DNA from: a bacterium
GTDB taxonomy: Bacteria > UBA8248 > JACPRG01 > G963555815
Direction of reading: 5' to 3'
Assembly (NCBI GenBank): GCA_965261595.1
Contig: CBDHDG010000006.1
Coordinates: 32,001-96,000, forward strand
Length of the DNA stretch: 64,000 nt
Part shown: positions 30,631 through 39,512 of the stretch, one piece after another
Position numbering within the stretch: position 1 is the first letter of the stretch
How the letters are laid out: each line of letters starts with the position of its first letter
Notes under the pieces: model-generated
The model's database searches: none
The model's input: only the letters and a program-made list of their open reading frames with translations
Told to the model about the DNA's origin: nothing
Made by a program: the position numbers and the translations under genes

Positions 30631-30673
30631 TAGATACGTATCTATTGACAGGCAATATGTAATGGGCTATATT
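30631..30673 (+). promoter_or_regulatory. Sigma70 promoter with abutting palindromic operator
   Basis: TTGACA (30645-30650), 17-nt spacer, TATATT (30668-30673). Perfect palindrome TAGATACGTATCTA at 30631-30644. Confidence 0.75.
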
Positions 30674-30698
30674 GGTTATCGACACTGGGAGAAAAATC

Positions 30699-31139
30699 AT
30701 GAATTTCCTTGAATCCGTAGAAGCTCAAATCAAAATCCTCAAACACGAGGAAGCCATTGTCCTGAAAGAGATGGCACCGCTCCAGAACAAACTTGAGTTA
30801 ATGAGGCTCCAAATAGCCCACCTGGATGGGTATTTGACTACCCTTGGTTCAGGGGTGCTAGGCGGGGCAACCACTGAAAAAGAACCCATTACCGAAAAGA
30901 TTGTTCGTGTCTTTGAGCGTTCGAAAAGCCCCCTCCACTACATGGAGGTCATGGATTTGCTTGAAACGCAAGAGGGCTTCGTGCTGGGCGGTAAAGACCC
31001 CAAAGCCAATATGACCGCTAAGCTCGCTGGAAGCGCCAAGTTCAAGCGCCTGGAGCGTGGAGTCTATATCCTGTCGGAGTGGGCGGAAAAAGAGGAATCC
31101 CCAGCAAGTGAGGAACCTGCTGGGGATTCCAATGATTAG
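30699..31139 (+). CDS. Coiled-coil plus winged HTH (HARE-HTH-like) protein
   Basis: Heptad-rich N-terminus; KSPLHYMEV...GKDPKANMTAKL...FKRLERGVYILSEW; GGGAG RBS. Confidence 0.75.
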   Translation: MNFLESVEAQIKILKHEEAIVLKEMAPLQNKLELMRLQIAHLDGYLTTLGSGVLGGATTEKEPITEKIVRVFERSKSPLHYMEVMDLLETQEGFVLGGKDPKANMTAKLAGSAKFKRLERGVYILSEWAEKEESPASEEPAGDSND

Positions 31140-31140
31140 C

Positions 31141-31233
31141 GGCGGGGTGGCTGAGTGGCTTATAGCGTGGGATTTATAATCCCTTGGTCGGTGCTTACCC
31201 ACCGGCACGCAGGTTCGAATCCTGTCCCTGCCG
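31141..31233 (+). tRNA. Class-II (long variable arm) tRNA-like gene, anticodon UAU, Ser-like body
   Basis: Acceptor GGCGGGG/CCCTGCC; D arm GCT-GAGTGGCTTAT-AGC; anticodon arm (T)GGGA-TTTATAA-TCCC(T) with TAT at 31175-31177; variable stem GTCGGTG/CACCGGC; T arm GCAGG-TTCGAAT-CCTGT; discriminator G followed by CCT. Confidence 0.85.
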
Positions 31234-31247
31234 CCTATAATTTCTAG

Positions 31248-31282
31248 TGGGTCTCAAGGGTGCAGACACACCCAAGAGACCC
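31248..31282 (+). other. Stem-loop downstream of the tRNA-like gene
   Basis: GGGTCTC-aa-GGGTG-cagaca-CACCC-aa-GAGACCC. Confidence 0.5.
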
Positions 31283-31409
31283 TTGGTCACACCATCCGGG
31301 AGCACCCGAACAATGCAACCCGACACCCCTCAAGATACTCCTTTAAATCTGGAGAATCAAGCGGAATGTGACGGGCATTGCTCCTGGACCACCAAGGGAG
31401 CATCCGTCA

Positions 31410-32228
31410 ATGAACCGCCTTCACCGATCTCGACAGGTCCAGATTCTCTCAATGCTCACTGAGGGTGTGAGCATCTGCGCCATCTCCCGAATCACCGGAG
31501 TCCACAAGGTCACGATTCTCAAGCTCTTGAAGGAAACGAGCGAGAAGTGTGAGGCTCTGCTGGATTCCAAGATGCGGGATATCCCGGCAAAGGAAATCCA
31601 GGCCGACGAAATCTGGACGTACGTTGCTAAGAAGCAACGAAAAGTCCGAAGTTCCGATGGACGGGGGGTAGGCGATCAATTCATCTTCGTGGCCCTGGAA
31701 GCGGAAACCAAGCTCGTCCCTTGCTACGCCGTGGGGAAACGGGACGCCCTCACCGCCACTCGGTTCATGATGGATCTGCGACGACGGATTCAGGGCAGGG
31801 TGCAGTTGACCACGGATGCTTTCCGCCCCTATCCCGATGCCGTTGAAAGGGCTTTCGGGGCGGATGTGGATTACGCCCAACTCATAAAGGCGTTCCGGTC
31901 CAATGGATTCACAAGGGAGGTCTACAACCCAAGCGATATAATTGAGACAATCCCGATAACCATAATGGGAAACCCGAACAAGCGGTCAATCTCAACCAGC
32001 TACATTGAGCGGCAGAATTTGACCATGCGGATGCAGATGCGCCGCCTCACTCGGCTGACGAATGGATTCAGCAAAAAGCTGGATAACTTGAAGGCGGCCT
32101 TGGCGTTACACTTCGCCTGGTACAATTTCGGGCGGATTCATCAGACCTTGAAGGTCACGCCCGCGATGGAATCGGGGATCACGGACCATCTGTGGGGATG
32201 GGAAGATATCATGGATTGGTCAAACTAG
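31410..32228 (+). CDS. IS1-family transposase (single ORF)
   Basis: N-terminal HTH, IQADEIWTYV, VGKRD, LTTDAF, STSYIERQNLTMR..RRLTRLTNGFSKK; the stop lies in the right IR. Confidence 0.92.
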   Translation: MNRLHRSRQVQILSMLTEGVSICAISRITGVHKVTILKLLKETSEKCEALLDSKMRDIPAKEIQADEIWTYVAKKQRKVRSSDGRGVGDQFIFVALEAETKLVPCYAVGKRDALTATRFMMDLRRRIQGRVQLTTDAFRPYPDAVERAFGADVDYAQLIKAFRSNGFTREVYNPSDIIETIPITIMGNPNKRSISTSYIERQNLTMRMQMRRLTRLTNGFSKKLDNLKAALALHFAWYNFGRIHQTLKVTPAMESGITDHLWGWEDIMDWSN

Positions 32229-32284
32229 ACCACTACCTCCCGATTCTCCGGCTTGCCGGGAAGGCGTCCGACCCACGCCGAAAG

Positions 32285-32926
32285 TCACGCCCCGGGGCGG
32301 CCTGACGGGGGCATGCGCGTCAGCCTGAAAAGAACCAACAATCCCTCTTCCCAGCGCTCGATCCCCAGCCCCCGCGCGGGCAGCGTATCGACGGCTTCGG
32401 CGACCGTCATCGGACCCGTCTCGTGGAGGCCGCCGAACTCGGCGTGGACCTCGGCCAACAGGTCGAGACCGGCGGGGTTCATGTCCGCCACGACGACCCG
32501 CCCCCCCGGGCGGCAGACGCGAATCATTTCCCCGACGGCCCGGGCGGGCTCAGTCATGTGGTGAATCAGGTTCGCCGACGCCACCAGGTCGAAGCTTTCT
32601 TCCGGAAAAGGCAGCCGCGCGGCGTCCCCCTGGAGAAAGCGAATCCGGTCCTCCACCCCGGCCGCCCGCGCGTTGCGCCGGGCGACCTCGATCCCCTCCC
32701 CTTCGAACTCGATGGTGGCGACCCCCGCCCCCCCCCTCCCTCCCTCTTTCGCGAGAAGAATGGCCAGACGCCCCGGCCCGGTTCCCACGTCCAGAACCTC
32801 GCCCGCCACCGGCCGGCCGCATTCGACCACGCGGGACCGCATCGCGTCCACGTCGTAGCCCCGCTGCCGGAGCACGCGACGGCGGTCCTCCTGGTCGCCG
32901 AATCCCTTTTCCACGCTATCGGCCAT
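32285..32926 (-). CDS. Class I SAM-dependent methyltransferase
   Basis: VLDVGTGPG, GDAARLPFPEESFDLV, EMIRVCRPGG. Confidence 0.9.
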   Translation of the reverse strand: MADSVEKGFGDQEDRRRVLRQRGYDVDAMRSRVVECGRPVAGEVLDVGTGPGRLAILLAKEGGRGGAGVATIEFEGEGIEVARRNARAAGVEDRIRFLQGDAARLPFPEESFDLVASANLIHHMTEPARAVGEMIRVCRPGGRVVVADMNPAGLDLLAEVHAEFGGLHETGPMTVAEAVDTLPARGLGIERWEEGLLVLFRLTRMPPSGRPGA

Positions 32927-33197
32927 TCTCACTCCCTCACCCCGCGTTCGGCGGGCTTTCATCGACATGAAACTTCGGCCGCCCCTCATTCACGTATTGA
33001 CGCGGGACGCCGCTCCCCTTTACCGTTATTGATTGTGCCCGAATCGCCCGCAAACGGCAATCCGCCGCTCCCGGACGCGGATCCCGGCGGCCGGGCTCCA
33101 TCAGCGGACCCACCATCCGGCGGGCCGGGCCGGGTCCTTTGTGATTCGGGGGTCCACGTCCGCCCAATCCCCATCGCCTGGAAGGACCCATCCAAAG

Positions 33198-34061
33198 ATG
33201 TTCGGCCTTGATCTCCCGCTCTTCCTGGCCCTGTTCGCGTTCTCTTTCCAGGGCACGAGCGATTTCTTCCTCAAAAGCGGCGTCGTCCGGAAAGGAGACC
33301 CCTTTTCGATCATGGCGATGACGGTGCCGTCATTCATCCTGACATCGGCGGTTTTCGGCGCGGCCCTGGGCGCCCTCGAGTTCAACCGCACAACCTTTCT
33401 CTATGGGCCGATCACCGGCGTCATTTCTTTCATCGCGATGAACCTGTTCGTCACCAGCCTGAAGCACGGCGAGGCGTCGGTGAACACGATGCTGTTCCGG
33501 CTGAGCTTCATTGTCACATCTTTTCTCACCATCGGCTTTCTGGGGGAATCCGCCGGGTGGTCCAAGTGGCTGGGTCTCGCCCTGGCGACGGGGGCGGTTT
33601 GTTCCGTCGCCCTCGGGGGCGGCGCGTTGAGGGTCGGTTCCAACAAGGCGATCACCCTCGCTGTCGCCGCCCTTGTGAGTTATGGGATCAACGCCTTCTT
33701 TTTCAAGCTCGCCGCGCTGAACGGCGTCCAGGCGCCCGCGTTTTCGGTGGTGACCTCGACCTGCTTCGGACTGGTTTCAATCATCCTGCACTTCCTGCCG
33801 TTGAGGGGCTTCCGGTTCCAGGCCTCGCCCGCGGTTTTCCGGTACGGGCTGTTGACGGGATTTCTGATGGCGGTGATGTTCAATTGCATTGTCTGGGCGA
33901 TGTCCCTCGGCGCGGAGGCCAGCGTGGTCATGCCCATCCTTCAGCTCAGCTTTGTTCTGACCACCGCCATGGCCGTCATCAGTCTGAAAGAACCGGTGAA
34001 CGGCCGCAAAGCACTGGGTTTCGCGCTGGCGATTGCCGCCCTGATCGTCTTTGCCCTGTGA
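33198..34061 (+). CDS. DMT/EamA-family transporter
   Basis: About 10 TM helices in two repeats (GEASVNT and AEASVVMPI..LKEP). Confidence 0.88.
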   Translation: MFGLDLPLFLALFAFSFQGTSDFFLKSGVVRKGDPFSIMAMTVPSFILTSAVFGAALGALEFNRTTFLYGPITGVISFIAMNLFVTSLKHGEASVNTMLFRLSFIVTSFLTIGFLGESAGWSKWLGLALATGAVCSVALGGGALRVGSNKAITLAVAALVSYGINAFFFKLAALNGVQAPAFSVVTSTCFGLVSIILHFLPLRGFRFQASPAVFRYGLLTGFLMAVMFNCIVWAMSLGAEASVVMPILQLSFVLTTAMAVISLKEPVNGRKALGFALAIAALIVFAL

Positions 34062-34071
34062 GCGCCGGCGC

Positions 34072-35274
34072 ATGAACCGCCATCTCCTCATCCCGGTGCT
34101 CACCCAAACCGCCGTGGGCGGCCTGTTCATCAATCTGGCCCCCGTGACCCCGCATCTCATCCGCGAGCTGGGCGCCACGTACGCCGATGTGGGCATGGTG
34201 ACCACCCTGTTCATCCTCGGCCAGGTCCTGGCCGGCCTTCTCGCCGGATATTTCTCCGACCGATTCGGCGTCAAGCGGATCTACGTGGCCGCGAACGTCT
34301 GCACCGTCCTTCTGGCCGTCCTCCTGGCCGGGGCGCAAACCATTCAACAAATCCTGTTCCTGCGGTTTTTTCTGGGGTTCGCGATGGGGACGCAGTTTGT
34401 CTTCGGGAGCAGTTACCTCGCCTTCTGGAGCCCGCCGGAGAAGACCGCGCTCTACCAGGGGATCTATGGAGGCGGGTTCAATTTCGGAATCGCCCTGTCC
34501 TTCTTCCTGGCGGCCCCGCAGGTGAGCTGGCTGGGCTGGCGCGGGGTGTACCTCGTCCCCGGCGTCGCCTGCTTCCTCTCCACCCTCTATCTCTGCGCGG
34601 CGGGCCGCGAGCCGGCGGACAAGCCGTCCGGGCAGACCCTTTCGCCGCGCGATTTTCGGCGCCTGCCGATTCAGTCGCTGTGTCTGCTCGGGGTGGGCAT
34701 GACCACGGCGTGGGCGACCTTTATCGTCCTGGGCGCCTGGCTGACAGAGTATCTGATGCTCGCCCAGCGGAGCGCATTCTGGCTGAGCTCGGTCCTGACG
34801 GGGATCAACGTGGCCGGAAGCGGGGTCGGGAGGATCCTGGGAGGGGCGGTGGCCCGCCCGGGACGGGAGACCCGGGCGGTTCTCTGGTTTTACGCCATCG
34901 TGATCGCGGCGGCCGCGGCGCTGCTGTTCTCCTCATCCGTTGTCGTCATTCTCATATTGGCGGCTCTCGTGGCGATGGTTTCCTCGATGGGTTTCGCCCC
35001 ATTGATGCGTCTGGCCATCCAGGTGGGCGGACCCCGCCTTCAGGGGACGGCGGTGGGGCTCGTCCTGGCGCTGGGGATGCTCATCGGGTCGGTCTTGCCG
35101 ACGCTGTTCGGCTGGGTCGTGGGAGTCACCGGCTCCTTCACGACGGGCTTTCTGGTGGTCCTCTCCGCCCCCTTGACGGGATTTCTGGCGATGCTTCGGT
35201 TTCAGTCCCGGTGCGCGCCCCCCCCCCCGGGCGAAAAGGGCCCTGATCCGGAGCTCCGGCCAAGCAAGTTGTGA
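34072..35274 (+). CDS. MFS transporter
   Basis: Motif A GYFSDRFGVKR; about 12 TM helices. Confidence 0.9.
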   Translation: MNRHLLIPVLTQTAVGGLFINLAPVTPHLIRELGATYADVGMVTTLFILGQVLAGLLAGYFSDRFGVKRIYVAANVCTVLLAVLLAGAQTIQQILFLRFFLGFAMGTQFVFGSSYLAFWSPPEKTALYQGIYGGGFNFGIALSFFLAAPQVSWLGWRGVYLVPGVACFLSTLYLCAAGREPADKPSGQTLSPRDFRRLPIQSLCLLGVGMTTAWATFIVLGAWLTEYLMLAQRSAFWLSSVLTGINVAGSGVGRILGGAVARPGRETRAVLWFYAIVIAAAAALLFSSSVVVILILAALVAMVSSMGFAPLMRLAIQVGGPRLQGTAVGLVLALGMLIGSVLPTLFGWVVGVTGSFTTGFLVVLSAPLTGFLAMLRFQSRCAPPPPGEKGPDPELRPSKL

Positions 35275-35467
35275 AGTGTCCATCTATTTTGGAGGGTCTA
35301 CACCAGCGGTGAGACTTCAGGTTCCGCCGGTTTTCTGATCGGTGCCTGGGGGGAGGGGGAGGAGACTTAGGTTCATCCGGCGTCTCCCCGATGAAGATCG
35401 GATTCGCGGCGGGATTGAACCGAAACGAGCGTCACAACCTCATCGCAATCAATTTTTCACCGACCCG

Positions 35468-35872
35468 CTATATCTCGACGTAGACGTCCCCGTCGCGCAA
35501 CGTGACCTCGAACTTCCGCAACCGCATCTTCCGGTTCGCCGGAAAAGCGCCCGTTTCGATGTCGTATTCGTATCCATGCCACGGGCAGACGATGTGGGTG
35601 TGCTCCTCTGAGAATTTCATGCCCAGGCTGGTCCTGTCGGGTGCCAGATTCTCTTCCACTCTCTGAAAGAGCTGACCCTGGCAAACCGGCCCTCCCTGGT
35701 GAGCGCAATGGTTCTCATATGCATAAAAATTCCCGTTCACGCGGAAGACGCCTATCTCCAAGGCGTCTTTCACGATGACTTTCCGGCTCCGCTCATCGAA
35801 ATCCGCTTCACTCCCCACATAAAGGTCGGGCACGTCGGGTCCTCCTCCGGTTCTCCGCTTCTGAAGTGACAA
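35468..35872 (-). CDS. Rieske [2Fe-2S] ferredoxin
   Basis: CAHQGGP and CPWHGYEYD; exact start uncertain. Confidence 0.9.
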   Translation of the reverse strand: MSLQKRRTGGGPDVPDLYVGSEADFDERSRKVIVKDALEIGVFRVNGNFYAYENHCAHQGGPVCQGQLFQRVEENLAPDRTSLGMKFSEEHTHIVCPWHGYEYDIETGAFPANRKMRLRKFEVTLRDGDVYVEI

Positions 35873-35943
35873 CTGTGGCGTCCCGCCCCCTCCTCCGCCG
35901 CTCTCCGCTTTACGGGGTCACGGGGAGGGGGGGGGGAGGCGGG

Positions 35944-37152
35944 TCATTTGCCGTCCGGTCTGTCCAGATGAAAAAGTTTCAACGCCGTCTCGCCCAGGAT
36001 GTTTCGCTTGGCCTGATCGGAAAGGAAGGGCAGATCGAAGATCGTACTGGGCAAATCAAAATCCTGATGCGGCCAATCCGAGGCGTAGAGCAACTGGGTC
36101 TCGGCCTTCATCATCTTCATCGTCAGCTCGAGCGCCTCCAGGTTGTGCCGCTCCATCGGCTGGGAGGAAAAAAACATCTCGCGGATATACTCGCTCGGCA
36201 GCCGTTTCAGCGCCGGGGCCTCCGAGGAGCGCAACATGTACTCGCTGTCGAGCCTTTGCATGATGAAGGGGATCCAGGACAGGCCGCTCTCGAGCCAGAT
36301 GACCTTGAGCTTGGGAAAGCGCTCCGGGAGGCCGTTGAGCACCCAGTTGACCAGATGCACGAGGTTCCACAAAACGAAGGCCACGCAGTGCATGCCGACG
36401 AACTGGTTGAACAGCGCCATGGCCGGCTCATGCCAATAGTACCCCCCGTGGAAGGCGAGCGGCAGACCCCGCTCCTCCAGCGCCGCGTACACCTTCATGT
36501 ATTGATTTTCCTGGATGGCCTTGTTCCGCACGCTGGTCACCATGAACCCGATGACACCGGGCTCCTCGCCGAATTCCTCGATCACCTTCAGGGACGCCAC
36601 CGGATCGCTGATGGGCAGGTAGAGCATCGATTTGATCCGGTTATCGGCCTTGAGGAGATTCTCCACCATCCACCGGTTGTGCGCCCGTCCCAGGAGGACC
36701 TCCATGTGGAGCTGCGGGTGCGTGCCGAGGCTCAGCATCGGCGTCGGGAAAACAACCTGGTAGTCGAGGCCCATGCTCTCCATGGCGCGCCGGGTGAGGA
36801 CAACGTCGCGGTGGACGTCCGTCTCCTCGACGGTTTCATTCCGGGCCGTGTCGTGGGGGATGCGGCCGCCGACATCCTGGTAGGTCATTCCGCGATCGCC
36901 GATCAGGCCGTAGGGATTGGCCTTCTGCGACGTGACGGCCTGGGAGCGAATCACCGGATCTTCGATATACTCGCAAATCTCGCCCCAGTGGACGGTCTCG
37001 ATGTGGTGGGCGTCAACATCGAAGATCACGTAGTCCTGATAATTCCGCTCTTCCGCCTGCTGCCTGGCGTTCGCCAGGATCTCGCGCGTGTCCGTGTGGA
37101 CGTCGATCTGCTGGATCGGGACCTCATGGATCTTTTCGGTTCGTTGAGCCAT
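35944..37152 (-). CDS. Amidohydrolase-fold metalloenzyme
   Basis: DVDAHH, AFHGG, WLESGLSW, ASDWPHQD. Confidence 0.88.
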   Translation of the reverse strand: MAQRTEKIHEVPIQQIDVHTDTREILANARQQAEERNYQDYVIFDVDAHHIETVHWGEICEYIEDPVIRSQAVTSQKANPYGLIGDRGMTYQDVGGRIPHDTARNETVEETDVHRDVVLTRRAMESMGLDYQVVFPTPMLSLGTHPQLHMEVLLGRAHNRWMVENLLKADNRIKSMLYLPISDPVASLKVIEEFGEEPGVIGFMVTSVRNKAIQENQYMKVYAALEERGLPLAFHGGYYWHEPAMALFNQFVGMHCVAFVLWNLVHLVNWVLNGLPERFPKLKVIWLESGLSWIPFIMQRLDSEYMLRSSEAPALKRLPSEYIREMFFSSQPMERHNLEALELTMKMMKAETQLLYASDWPHQDFDLPSTIFDLPFLSDQAKRNILGETALKLFHLDRPDGK

Positions 37153-37333
37153 CTTCCTCTCCCCACACAACCTCACACACCCGCCTTGCCTTTGCCCATC
37201 CGAGGCCCCAGGCGGTCCCTACCCCCACGAGGTGATTCTATCCCAGGGGCCTCTTCGGCACGAGGATTTCTTCCTCATCAAAAAACGCGGCGCCGGGCAA
37301 ACATCCCGGTACCGCGCCCCCTCCATCTCCATC

Positions 37334-38335
37334 TCAGTCCTTTGCGATGAAGTCGTTCGTATAGTAGCTATCCAGCGGCATCACCTTCTTGAGCTTGCCG
37401 ACCTTCGTCAAAAGGGCCAGCGTGTCTTTCCAGTCGGCCCGGGACATCCAGCCGAGGGGCTTGCCTTTCGACCGCTTTGTATGCAGGTCATTCAACCCCC
37501 CCACCAGGATCTTCGTGGCGGTTTTCCGGTTGCCAATCGTGAGGGGGGCCCGCTTCATGAGGATTGTCACGGTCTCCTTCGGATTCGCCATGGACCGCTT
37601 GAACCCCCTTGCGGTGGCCCGGACGAACTTCCGGATCATCCCGGCCCTCTCCTTGAGCGTCTTCTCAGTCGCCATGAGGCCGGCGCCGAGGGCGTTCACA
37701 TTGTAGTCGGCGTACCGCATGGGGCTGACTTTCCCACCCGCGGCGCGGAGCTGGGGGACGCCGGTGGCGGGATATGCGACCAGGGCGTCCACATCGCCGG
37801 TGAGGATGAGCTTGTTGCGGGCCGACGGCTGCGCGCTCACCAGGGTGATCTTCTTCATGTCCACGCCGTTGACTTTGGCGAAGACGGGGAACAGGAGCCA
37901 TCCGCTGTCCGCCGGCGAGAAAGCGAGACGTTTCCCTTCCAGGTCTTTGGGGGTTTTGATCGCGGCCTTCGTCAGGGTGATGATCCCCAACGGGCTTCGC
38001 TGGAGGTAGCAGAAGAACCCCTTGATCGGGATATTCCGGGAGATGGCCATGGACATCGCCCCGAAGTCGGAGATGCCGATGTCCATCTTTCCGGCCGCGA
38101 CCATCTGGATAGCGTGCGCCGACCCCTTGCCCACGGGGAAATCGACGTCCAGACCCTCCGCCTTGTAGTAGCCGTTCTCCAGGGCGGTCAGGAAGGGGCC
38201 TACATTGGCCGTAACGACCCAGTAGTTCTGGAACGTGACCTTCTCCGCCGAATGAGCGGAGACCCCCAGGGCGAGGACCAGTCCGAAAATGAGCGTCCCG
38301 AAGACCCGTGCGAATCCGCCTCTCGCGTATTTCAT
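37334..38335 (-). CDS. NMT1/THI5-like ABC substrate-binding protein
   Basis: Signal peptide, GYYKAEGLDV, GKGS, PKDLEGK, YYTNDF. Confidence 0.88.
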   Translation of the reverse strand: MKYARGGFARVFGTLIFGLVLALGVSAHSAEKVTFQNYWVVTANVGPFLTALENGYYKAEGLDVDFPVGKGSAHAIQMVAAGKMDIGISDFGAMSMAISRNIPIKGFFCYLQRSPLGIITLTKAAIKTPKDLEGKRLAFSPADSGWLLFPVFAKVNGVDMKKITLVSAQPSARNKLILTGDVDALVAYPATGVPQLRAAGGKVSPMRYADYNVNALGAGLMATEKTLKERAGMIRKFVRATARGFKRSMANPKETVTILMKRAPLTIGNRKTATKILVGGLNDLHTKRSKGKPLGWMSRADWKDTLALLTKVGKLKKVMPLDSYYTNDFIAKD

Positions 38336-38604
38336 GTCGATACCCCCTCTTTTGTTCGACTGAAAGAAACCGATCCTTCCACCTGAAGCGTTACCACGCG
38401 GAGAACCTTTGCGCGTTGCAAACCGGGAGAATTCATCCGCGAATCCCGGCCCCTTGCCAGGGGAATCCCCGCTTCCCATCCGCCCTCCTGTCGCCCATGC
38501 GGTGTGGTCCAATGATAAGGGTTTCCTCCCGACTGTCAACCATCTTTCCACCAGTGCGGACCTTCCCGGCCCGACCCGTCATGGGTGTTCACCCCTCTTC
38601 CGGC

Positions 38605-39455
38605 TCATGCGGACGATGTCTCGGGCGGGTCGGTCCGCCGATAGGTCTCCAAACCCGGACGGTATTCGCCCGTCATGAACTGTCCGACGCCCTCCTTCAG
38701 CCATTCGCCCTTCTGAAGGTGCGTGACCTCCCGGCTTTTCGTCAACGCCAGGGACAGGGCTTCGTCGTAGCCCATGTTCAGGCTCAGCTTGAAAAGCTCC
38801 TTGGCGGCCCGCATCGCGACGGGATTTTTGCTCTTGAGGAGGCCGGCCAGTTTCCGGACCTCCCCGGGAAGCTCCCGGGGGGAACCGCTTCGTTCACCAG
38901 GCCCATCTCGGCCGCCCGCCGTCCACCGAAGCTTTTCCCGGTCAACCCGATGTAATACAGCGCATCACGCGGGCGCATGCACTCCCCGACGACCTTCGCC
39001 ACCGGGCCGGCGGGGATGCCGCCGAAGTTGATCTCCGAAATCCCGAACACCGCCTCCTCGGCGGCGATGGCCAGATCACAGGCCGCGACGATGGGGATCC
39101 CGCCGCCGAAGCACCATCCGTTGACGACGGCGATGGTGGGTTTGGGGAACATCCGCAGCTTCTCGCCCCGCCACTCCTGGGCCATGTTCTGCATCCGGTC
39201 CCATTCGATCGGGTTGTCCTGGAGATCCTGGAAGCACTCTTTCAGGTCCATCCAGGCGCAGAAGCTGTCGCCCGCCCCCATGAGGATCAGGACCTGGGCG
39301 GCCGGATCGTAGCGGAGCCGGTCCAAAACGCTCAGCATCTCTTCGTTCAGCGCGGGATTCAAGGCGTTCTTCTTCTCGGGCCGGTTCAAGGTGATCGTGG
39401 CGACGCCGTCGTCCATCGCCAGCCGGATGGTCTGATAATCCGGATGCGTTTCCAT
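38605..39455 (-). CDS. Hydroxycinnamoyl-CoA hydratase/lyase-like crotonase (frameshift near 38877-38882)
   Basis: LNRPEKKNA, MDLKE, KPTIAVVNGWCFGGG, SEINFG, RDALYY; C-terminal YRPGLETYRR in a second frame. Confidence 0.8.
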
Positions 39456-39512
39456 GATTTGAAAGCCCCCTCTTTCTCGGTTGTTCAGTCATCAAATCGA
39501 AGGGCGCCGGCC

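Larger units (their letters stand above)
28587..32237 (+). mobile_element. IS1-family cargo transposon (Panacea, truncated Doc, HTH gene, tRNA-like gene, transposase) with nested IS3
   Basis: Perfect IRs GGTAGTGGTCTAG (28587-28599) and CTAGACCACTACC (32225-32237). 8-bp TSD TCCCGATT at 28579-28586 and 32238-32245. The interior is visibly more AT-rich. Confidence 0.92.

Noticed and set aside
31141..31233. tRNA as an integration site, or as tRNA-Sec for the nearby selenoprotein
   Set aside because: It lies inside the IRs, with no integrase or duplicated 3' end. The anticodon is UAU, not UCA, and the D arm is not Sec-like.
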